A stretch of DNA of 64,000 nt from Macrostomum lignano. Lineage: Eukaryota. The position numbers and the translations under genes are program-made. Under the pieces are notes generated by a model, which was not told the origin of the DNA, searched no databases, and was given only the letters and a program-made list of their open reading frames with translations. Below are positions 34,701 through 43,881 of the stretch, piece by piece (the first letter of the stretch is position 1; each line of letters starts with the position of its first letter). The stretch covers positions 1 through 64,000 of the forward strand of contig NIVC01002618.1 in the NCBI GenBank assembly GCA_002269645.1, written 5' to 3'.

Positions 34701-37700
34701 CCACCTAACCTACAGACACAACTCAAACAGATTTCTCTGTCTGTTTGAGGCTCTGGCTCTTAGGTGGTCCACATAACCTACAGACAACTGAAGCAGCTCT
34801 CTCAGTCTGTTTGAGGCTTTGGCTCTCAGAAGGTGGTCCACCTAGCCTACAGACACAACTCGAACAGATTTCTCTGTCTGTTTGAGGCTCTGGCTCTCAG
34901 AGCCGCCGAGAAAGTTTAGTGCCGAGAATGCTTCAGTTTGTTAGAATGCAATCAGAACAGATTCCTAGAAAGTGAGCTAGTCCAGCATCAAGGTAGAACA
35001 TCTGGATGTGTAACGAGAGGCTCTCGGAGATTCCTGGCTCAGATTATCGCCTAGAAGTGCTTTGGAGTAGCTGGTCCACCTAAACTACAGACACAACTCG
35101 AACAGATTTCTCTGTCTGTTTAGGCTCTGGCTGTTAGAGCCGCCGAGAAAGTTTAGTGCAGAAAATGCTTCATTTTGTTAGAATGCAATCAGAACAGATT
35201 CCTAGAAAGTGAGCTAGTCCAGCATCAAGGCAGAACATCTGGATGTGTAACGAGAGGCTCTTGGAGATTCCTGGCTCAGATTTTCGCCTAGAAGTGCTGT
35301 GGAGTAGCTGGTCCACCTAACCTACAGACACAACTCGAACAGATTTCTGTCTGTTTGAGGCTCTGGCTCTTAGAGCCGCCGAGAAAGTTTAGTGCCGAGA
35401 ATGCTTCAGTTTGTTAGAATGCAATCAGAACAGATTCCTAGAAAGTGAGCTAGTCCAGCATCAAGGCAGAACATCTGGATGTGTAACGAGAGGCTCTTGG
35501 AGATTCCTGGCTCAGATTATCGCCTAGAAGTGCTGTGGAGTAGCAGGTCCACCTAACCTACAGACACAACTCGAACAGATTTCTGTCTGTTTGAGGCTCT
35601 GGCTCTTAGAGCCGCCGAGAAAGTTTAGTGCCGAGAATGCTTCAGTTTGTTAGAATGCAATCAGAACAGATTCCTAGAAAGTGAGCTAGTCCAGCATCAA
35701 GGCAGAACATCTGGATGTGTAACGAGAGGCTCTTGGAGATTCCTGGCTCAGATTATCGCCTAGAAGTGCTGTGGAGTAGCTGGTCCACCTAACCTACAGA
35801 CACAACTCGAACAGATTTCTCTGTCTGTTTGAGGCTCTGGCTCTTAGAGCCGCCGAGAAAGTTTAGTGCCGAGAATGCTTCAGTTTGTTAGAATGCAATC
35901 AGAACAGATTCCTAGAAAGTGAGCTAGTCCAGCATCAAGGCAGAACATCTGGATGTGTAACGAAAGTCTCTCGGAGACTCCTGGCTCAGATTATCGCCTA
36001 GAAGTGCTGTGGAGTAGCTGGTCCACCTAACCTACAGACACAACTCGAACAGATTTCTCTGTCTGTTTGAGGCTCTGGCTCTTAGGTGGTCCACATAACC
36101 TACAGACACAACTGAAGCAGCTCTCTCAGTCTGTTTGAGGCTTTGGCTCTCAGAAGGTGGTCCACCTAGCCTACAGACACAACTCGAACAGATTTCTCTG
36201 TCTGTTTGAGGCTCTGGCTCTCAGAGCCGCCGAGAAAGTTTAGTGCCGAGAATGCTTCAGTTTGTTAGAATGCAATCAGAACAGATTCCTAGAAAGTGAG
36301 CTAGTCCAGCATCAAGGCAGAACATCTGGATGTGTAACGAGAGGCTCTCGGAGACTCCTGGCTCAGATTATCGCCTAGAAGTGCTTTGGAGTAGCTGGTC
36401 CACCTAACCTACAGACACAACTCGAACAGATTTCTCTGTCTGTTTGAGGCTCTGGCTCTCAGAGCCGCCGAGAAAGTTTAGTGCCGAGAATGCTTCAGTT
36501 TGTTAGAATGCAATCAGAACAGATTCCTAGAAAGTGAGCTAGTCCAGCATCAAGGCAGAACATCTGGATGTGTAACGAGAGGCTCTCGGAGATTCCTGGC
36601 TCAGATTATCGCCTAGAAGTGCTTTGGAGTAGCTGGTCCACCTAACCTACAGACACAACTCGAACAGATTTCTCTGTCTGTTTGAGGCTCTGGCTCTCAG
36701 AGCCGCCGAGAAAGTTTAGTGCCGAGAATGCTTCAGTTTGTTAGAATGCAATCAGAACAGATTCCTAGAAAGTGAGCTAGTCCAGCATCAAGGCAGAACA
36801 TCTGGATGTGTAACGAGAGGCTCTCGGAGATTCCTGGCTCAGATTATCGCCTAGAAGTGCTTTGGAGTAGCTGGTCCACCTAACCTACAGACACAACTCG
36901 AACAGATTTCTCTGTCTGTTTGAGGCTCTGGCTCTTAGAGCCGCCGAGAAAGTTTAGTGCCGAGAATGCTTCAGTTTGTTAGAATGCAATCAGAACAGAT
37001 TCCTAGAAAGTGAGCTAGTCCAGCATCAAGGTAGAACATCTGGATGTGTAACGAGAGGCTCTTGGAGATTCCTGGCTCAAATTAACGCCTAGAAGTGCTG
37101 TGGAGTAGCTGGTCCACCTAACCTACAGACACAACTCGAACAGATTTCTGTCTGTTTGAGGCTCTGGCTCTTAGAGCCGCCGAGAAAGTTTAGTGCCGAG
37201 AATGCTTCAGTTTGTTAGAATGCAATCAGAACAGATTCCTAGAAAGTGAGCTAGTCCAGCATCAAGGCAGAACATCTGGATGTGTAACGAAAGTCTCTCG
37301 GAGACTCCTGGCTCAGATTATCGCCTAGAAGTGCTGTGGAGTAGCTGGTCCACCTAACCTACAGACACAACTCAAACAGATTTCTCTGTCTGTTTGAGGC
37401 TCTGGCTCTTAGGTGGTCCACATAACCTACAGACAACTGAAGCAGCTCTCTCAGTCTGTTTGAGGCTTTGGCTCTCAGAAGGTGGTCCACCTAGCCTACA
37501 GACACAACTCGAACAGATTTCTCTGTCTGTTTGAGGCTCTGGCTCTCAGAGCCGCCGAGAAAGTTTAGTGCCGAGAATGCTTCAGTTTGTTAGAATGCAA
37601 TCAGAACAGATTCCTAGAAAGTGAGCTAGTCCAGCATCAAGGTAGAACATCTGGATGTGTAACGAGAGGCTCTCGGAGATTCCTGGCTCAGATTATCGCC

Positions 37701-40700
37701 TAGAAGTGCTTTGGAGTAGCTGGTCCACCTAAACTACAGACACAACTCGAACAGATTTCTCTGTCTGTTTAGGCTCTGGCTGTTAGAGCCGCCGAGAAAG
37801 TTTAGTGCAGAAAATGCTTCATTTTGTTAGAATGCAATCAGAACAGATTCCTAGAAAGTGAGCTAGTCCAGCATCAAGGCAGAACATCTGGATGTGTAAC
37901 GAGAGGCTCTTGGAGATTCCTGGCTCAGATTTTCGCCTAGAAGTGCTGTGGAGTAGCTGGTCCACCTAACCTACAGACACAACTCGAACAGATTTCTGTC
38001 TGTTTGAGGCTCTGGCTCTTAGAGCCGCCGAGAAAGTTTAGTGCCGAGAATGCTTCAGTTTGTTAGAATGCAATCAGAACAGATTCCTAGAAAGTGAGCT
38101 AGTCCAGCATCAAGGCAGAACATCTGGATGTGTAACGAGAGGCTCTTGGAGATTCCTGGCTCAGATTATCGCCTAGAAGTGCTGTGGAGTAGCAGGTCCA
38201 CCTAACCTACAGACACAACTCGAACAGATTTCTGTCTGTTTGAGGCTCTGGCTCTTAGAGCCGCCGAGAAAGTTTAGTGCCGAGAATGCTTCAGTTTGTT
38301 AGAATGCAATCAGAACAGATTCCTAGAAAGTGAGCTAGTCCAGCATCAAGGCAGAACATCTGGATGTGTAACGAGAGGCTCTTGGAGATTCCTGGCTCAG
38401 ATTATCGCCTAGAAGTGCTGTGGAGTAGCTGGTCCACCTAACCTACAGACACAACTCGAACAGATTTCTCTGTCTGTTTGAGGCTCTGGCTCTTAGAGCC
38501 GCCGAGAAAGTTTAGTGCCGAGAATGCTTCAGTTTGTTAGAATGCAATCAGAACAGATTCCTAGAAAGTGAGCTAGTCCAGCATCAAGGCAGAACATCTG
38601 GATGTGTAACGAAAGTCTCTCGGAGACTCCTGGCTCAGATTATCGCCTAGAAGTGCTGTGGAGTAGCTGGTCCACCTAACCTACAGACACAACTCGAACA
38701 GATTTCTCTGTCTGTTTGAGGCTCTGGCTCTTAGAGCCGCCGAGAAAGTTTAGTGCCGAGAATGCTTCAGTTTGTTAGAATGCAATCAGAACAGATTCCT
38801 AGAAAGTGAGCTAGTCCAGCATCAAGGCAGAACATCTGGATGTGTAACGAAAGTCTCTCGGAGACTCCTGGCTCAGATTATCGCCTAGAAGTGCTGTGGA
38901 GTAGCTGGTCCACCTAACCTACAGACACAACTCGAACAGATTTCTCTGTCTGTTTGAGGCTCTGGCTCTTAGGTGGTCCACATAACCTACAGACACAACT
39001 GAAGCAGCTCTCTCAGTCTGTTTGAGGCTTTGGCTCTCAGAAGGTGGTCCACCTAGCCTACAGACACAACTCGAACAGATTTCTCTGTCTGTTTGAGGCT
39101 CTGGCTCTCAGAGCCGCCGAGAAAGTTTAGTGCCGAGAATGCTTCAGTTTGTTAGAATGCAATCAGAACAGATTCCTAGAAAGTGAGCTAGTCCAGCATC
39201 AAGGCAGAACATCTGGATGTGTAACGAGAGGCTCTCGGAGACTCCTGGCTCAGATTATCGCCTAGAAGTGCTTTGGAGTAGCTGGTCCACCTAACCTACA
39301 GACACAACTCGAACAGATTTCTCTGTCTGTTTGAGGCTCTGGCTCTCAGAGCCGCCGAGAAAGTTTAGTGCCGAGAATGCTTCAGTTTGTTAGAATGCAA
39401 TCAGAACAGATTCCTAGAAAGTGAGCTAGTCCAGCATCAAGGCAGAACATCTGGATGTGTAACGAGAGGCTCTCGGAGATTCCTGGCTCAGATTATCGCC
39501 TAGAAGTGCTTTGGAGTAGCTGGTCCACCTAACCTACAGACACAACTCGAACAGATTTCTCTGTCTGTTTGAGGCTCTGGCTCTCAGAGCCGCCGAGAAA
39601 GTTTAGTGCCGAGAATGCTTCAGTTTGTTAGAATGCAATCAGAACAGATTCCTAGAAAGTGAGCTAGTCCAGCATCAAGGCAGAACATCTGGATGTGTAA
39701 CGAGAGGCTCTCGGAGATTCCTGGCTCAGATTATCGCCTAGAAGTGCTTTGGAGTAGCTGGTCCACCTAACCTACAGACACAACTCGAACAGATTTCTCT
39801 GTCTGTTTGAGGCTCTGGCTCTTAGGTGGTCCACATAACCTACAGACACAACTGAAGCAGCTCTCTCAGTCTGTTTGAGGCTTTGGCTCTCAGAAGGTGG
39901 TCCACCTAACCTACAGACACAACTCGAACAGATTTCTCTGTCTGTTTGAGGCTCTGGCTCTTAGGTGGTCCACATAACCTATAGACACAACTGAAGCAGC
40001 TCTCTCAGTCTGTTTGAGCTTTGGCTCTCAGAAGTTGGTTCACCTCACCTACAGACACAACTGGAACAGATTTCTCTGTCTGTTTGAGGCTCTGGCTCTC
40101 AGGTGGTCCACATAACCTACAGACACAACTGGAACAGATTTCTGTGTCTGTTTGATTGTCAGTTAATTTTATTTTCTACCTTTGTAGGAGCCTGTGGTTG
40201 ATTTTGTTCGCCTGAGCTCGACGAGACTGACTGCGTTTCACCGAGATGAAGGTTAAAACGAACTGTAAAAGAAGATTCAAACCACTAATTGACGAGAAAT
40301 ATAGAAAGGTTCATCATAGAGCTGAGCTGACGAAAGCGGATTCGATGGCTGAGTAAGCTGAAATTCGTGAGAGAGGCAATGACAGATCAATAACAGAAGC
40401 GGTCCCGGACCACGGAGGCAGGGAAGGTCCAGGAGAATATTTCGTAGAAAAATAAGAAGATTAAGCCATCATCTGCGTGAACGAAAAGATGAAAGTCGGT
40501 AAAATGATAGGCTTATCATATGATTGCTCACCAACTCATTCAGTATAATAGGACTGATGTAGTCAAATCAATTTAATTTCAGTTTTAGTAACTTTTGTCG
40601 TTATTAAAAATGCCCTTCAACTTCTTGTAGGCTCGTACTCGGATGACCTTTTTTAACTAATGGAATCTTACGTTTGTTAACATGTATTTGAAGCATACAT

Positions 40701-42166
40701 TTTGACCTAAATTAGTTTTAATGAGTTTACAGTTAGTATTTGATATGATTCTGTATTTATTTTCAAAATGCTTTATTTTCATTCACCTTCTTGTATTCAC
40801 GCGACGCAACTAACTAATGCGATCGTACATTTGTTTAACCCGATTAACCCGATTAATAATGCTAAATAAATTGGTTTGAACTTGGGATATTTTCATTAAA
40901 TGACGTCGTAACCCTTTTATCTGTTCTTTTTGAGAATTTCTGTTTTAATTAGTTCAAAAGAACAGTTTAAAGCAATAAATTTTCTACAACGAAAGAGGTC
41001 TAACTAAACCAACTGTTTTTTTGCGGTCCACCTAACCCGGTCCCCAAAACGTAGTTAGTAAACCACCACAGTTTCCCCGAACTGGCTATTCCGTCAAGTT
41101 AACAAAAAGATAACCCTAGCTAGCCTTTCGCGTTGTCAAAACAGACTCTATTTTTTAACCGGAATTGCGTGGTCCACGTAACGCATTAACATAACTCAGG
41201 TCCCGCTAAACACACAGACAGTCGTAAGAGTGTATGGCTGTCTGTCTGTCTGTCTGCCTGTATCAGTGTCTGTATGGCTGTCTGTCTGTCTGTCTGTCTG
41301 TATCAGTGTCTGTATGGCTGTCTGTCTGCCTGTATCAGTGTCTGTATGGCTGTCTGTCTGCCTGTATCAGTGTCTGTATGGCTGTCTGTCTGTCTGTCTG
41401 TCTGTATCAGTGTCTGTATGGCTGTCTGTCTGTCTGTCTGTCTGTCTGTATCAGTGTCTGTATGGCTGTCTGTCTGTCTGTCTGCCTGTATCAGTGTCTG
41501 TATGGCTGTCTGTCTGTATCAGTGTCTGTATGGCTGTCTGTCTGTCTGTCTGTCTGTATCAGTGTCTGTATGGCTGTCTGTCTGTCTGTCTGCCTGTATC
41601 AGTGTCTGTATGGCTGTCTGTCTGTCTGTCTGCCTGTATCAGTGTCTGTATGGCTGTCTGTCTGTCTGTCTGTCTGTATCAGTGTCTGTATGGCTGTCTG
41701 TCTGCCTGTATCAGTGTCTGTATGGCTGTCTGTCTGCCTGTATCAGTGTCTGTATGGCTGTCTGTCTGTCTGTCTGTCTGTATCAGTGTCTGTATGGCTG
41801 TCTGTCTGTCTGTCTGTCTGTCTGTATCAGTGTCTGTATGGCTGTCTGTCTGTCTGTCTGCCTGTATCAGTGTCTGTATGGCTGTCTGTCTGTCTGTCTG
41901 CCTGTATCAGTGTCTGTATGGCTGTCTGTCTGTCTGTCTGCCTGTATCAGTGTCTGTATGGCTGTCTGTCTGTCTGTATCAGTGTCTGTATGGCTGTCTG
42001 TCTGTCTGTCTGTCTGTCTGTCAGTATCAGTGTCTGTATGGCTGTCTGGCTGTCTGTCTGTCTGTCTCTCTGTATCAGTGTCTGTATGGCTGTCTGTCTG
42101 TCTGTCTGTCTGTCTGTATCAGTGTCTGTATGGCTGTCTGTCTGTCTGTATCAGTGTCTGTATGGC

Positions 42167-42201
<35 letters not shown>

Positions 42202-42698
42202 ATCAGTGTCTGAATGGCTGTCTGCCTGTATGGCTGTCTGTCTGCCTGTATCAGTGTCTGAATGGCTGTCTGTCTGTCTGTATCAGTGTCTGTTGACAAT
42301 ATTTAACATTTATTTGCCAATAGTTGTCTGTCTTTCAGTCTGCGTCTGCCTGCCTTCTAGTTGCAGGGATAAATTCAAAGTAGGAATCGAAACAATTTTT
42401 TATTGATCCAGGCGATGCGGACGGTCCCAATCGGCGTCAACAGGACTTCGGTTTTATCATGCCAAACTCGCTACTATTAGTAGCACCCAGGCCGCCAGAC
42501 CAGCCGCACAAATGGCTGACGTGGCTCATTGTCCGACCGTTCAGTCATCCGCACGTGTGGGGCGTTGGGCTGGCCTTTCTGTTGGCCAGCGGTCTGGCAT
42601 TTGCCGTCGCCGGAGTGTTGCAGTTCGTTGAATACCGCCGAGACAAGGCGGATCGGGCGGCCGCGTCGCCCGCTGGCTTTATGTTCGATCCGCACTGA
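22702..42698 (+). CDS. ITFG1: Integrin-alpha FG-GAP repeat protein 1 (T-cell immunomodulatory protein / LINKIN)
   Basis: Exons 22702-22968, ~23683-24107, 24769-25278, 25549-25939, 26867-27173 and 42412-42698 have compatible phases. Signal peptide; FG-GAP motifs [51 protein letters not shown]-terminal [11 protein letters not shown]...[13 protein letters not shown]...W, then a TM segment and EYRRDKADR...FMFD, matching the ITFG1 layout. Confidence 0.92.
23030..23655. repeat. ~20-bp purine-rich minisatellite GAGACCAGAGGGACAGGG(G)A, ITFG1 intron 1
   Basis: Direct periodicity. Confidence 0.95.
24170..24680. repeat. ~37-bp TG-rich minisatellite, ITFG1 intron 2
   Basis: GTCTCAGTGTCTGTCTATCTGTGTCTGTCTGTTGCCA repeated. 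Confidence 0.9.
26090..26640. repeat. 22-bp minisatellite GTTAGGGAATCCCTTTGTCGAA, degenerating rightwards, ITFG1 intron 4
   Basis: Direct periodicity; the unit contains the palindrome AGGGA-A-TCCCT. Confidence 0.95.
27174..27515. repeat. Host minisatellite (TGTATCAGTGTCTGTATGGCTGTCTGTC...), left arm
   Basis: The same repeat resumes at 41231, on the other side of the large insertion. Confidence 0.92.
27521..41222. mobile_element. ~13.7-kb inverted-repeat-bounded element (putative DNA transposon, family unassigned) carrying a satellite array
   Basis: Left ACTGTCTGTGTGTTTACGTGGAC (27521-27543) vs right GTCCCGCTAAACACACAGACAGT (41200-41222) is a 20/23 inverted match. GGTCCAC(C/G)TAA-like motifs are inverted at the left end and forward at the right end. 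The same host minisatellite lies on both flanks. Confidence 0.7.
29262..40150. repeat. ~10.9-kb tandem satellite of a 238-bp monomer (236-bp variant), roughly 43-45 monomers
   Basis: GGTCCACCTAACCTACAGACACAACTCGAACAG at 29577 and 29815 (period 238); highly homogeneous, with interspersed 60-70-bp short units. Confidence 0.98.
41231..42295. repeat. Host minisatellite, right arm
   Basis: TGTATCAGTGTCTGTATGGCTG(TCTG)n units; accounts for the ORFs at 41230-42406. Confidence 0.95.
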
Positions 42699-42724
42699 TG
42701 TTGTAACTGTAGCAATTCACCCAT

Positions 42725-42960
42725 TATAAAGTTTGCTTTCCATACATATCGGATATGACAAAATACGCTTTGTAAAGTTGACTTTCGATACATATCGGAT
42801 GTAAAAATTTACGCTTTGTAAAGTTGACTTTCCATACATATCGGCTATAGCAATGTACGCTTTATAAAGTTGACATTCCATTGACCAGCGATATACCCTC
42901 AAGTTTACTTTCGATACATGTCGGCATAATAACGCTATATAAAGTTTGGTCTCTTTGATA
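42725..42960. repeat. Degenerate ~46-bp tandem repeat just 3' of ITFG1
   Basis: TAAAGTTGACTTTC(C/G)ATACATATCGG...TACGCTTTG, about 4-5 copies. Confidence 0.75.
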
Positions 42961-43444
42961 CATATGGGGAAAATGATTTTGTTGCTCTATGCATTTTTTC
43001 GTTTCATTTATAATCGCTATTAAAGTAGCTATCGTAGCAACGTCTGTCTATAATGCATTTTATTTTTTACTTTGCTGTCCCTAGCTTTAGTAATATTAAT
43101 TAATAGTACGCATTTCAAATTTGTACCAGAAGTATGACCTACCAGAAATAATCTATTTAGTATGATTTGTAATTGCATTGTGACAACTTGCATTTTCTGT
43201 TTGGTCGCTTTCCATTTCAATACTTTTTAAAATGTCTATTCTGTCCTCGAGTCTTTCACCGCTGACTTTAGAGATTAAAAATATAAGTTTTATTTTGGCG
43301 AAACGTTAATACCTTTTATTTGGAAAAATATTTGTTGATCATTTTTACTGATTTCTTTCATATTCTACGCTCGTATATAAAAAAATATTTCATAACTACT
43401 TTCAAGATGAGTAGTTAGTATGTATATAGGATAGGATTTAACAT

Positions 43445-43768
43445 GGGTTGCAGCCTAGTGGTAAGAGCGTCGGACTCACGACTTGAAGGTCGGGGGTTCG
43501 ATTCCCTATCCCGCTGGAAAAATTTGTGTCCTTAAACAAAACATTTAATTCTGCATTGCTTCAGTTCACCTAGCTGTAAAATGTGTGCCAGCATTAGCTG
43601 GGATAGTTAAGGAAGGGTGCGTGGCGACCCCCCTCCCGATTCTTGGACTGAACAGCCGTACGCAGCCTTCAGATGCGCCTCGCAATAGCTGCGGCTAAGC
43701 TGTCGGTTGCACATCTGGCCCAATTGGGGCAGGTGTAATCAATTATTATTATTATTATTGCTATTATA
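43445..43768 (+). mobile_element. CORE-SINE (tRNA head, CORE domain, (ATT)n tail)
   Basis: A-box GCCTAGTGGTAAG and B-box GGTTCGATTCC. TGTGTCCTTAAACAAAACATTTAATTCTGCATTGCTTCAGTTCACCTAGCTGTAAAATG resembles the MIR/CORE consensus GTGACCTTGGGCAAGTCACTTAACC...CTCAGTTTCCTCATCTGTAAAATG. The element ends in ATTATTATT. Confidence 0.8.
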
Positions 43769-43881
43769 TAGGGTTGTGAACATCGATGGACTAAGACTAA
43801 CGCTAATCATATTAATAAAAGAGGCCACACATAAAAATACATGTATGCATTTATTGATTCCAATATTTCAGCCAGGCAGCC

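Noticed and set aside
29262-40150. CRISPR array or hammerhead-ribozyme satellite
   Set aside because: Monomers are near-identical with no unique spacers and no cas genes. No CTGANGA...GAAA core on either strand (closest are CTGGATG and CTGAAGC).
41230-42406. 327-390-aa Cys/Val/Ser/Leu ORFs
   Set aside because: Stop-free read-through of the TCTG-based minisatellite.
42725-42960. CRISPR-like repeat/spacer pattern
   Set aside because: The apparent spacers are homologous to each other, so this is a degenerate 46-bp tandem repeat in a eukaryotic context.
43445-43518. Functional tRNA genes (also 1177-1250 and 5765-5835)
   Set aside because: Stems are imperfect and each head runs into a SINE body; treated as SINE heads.
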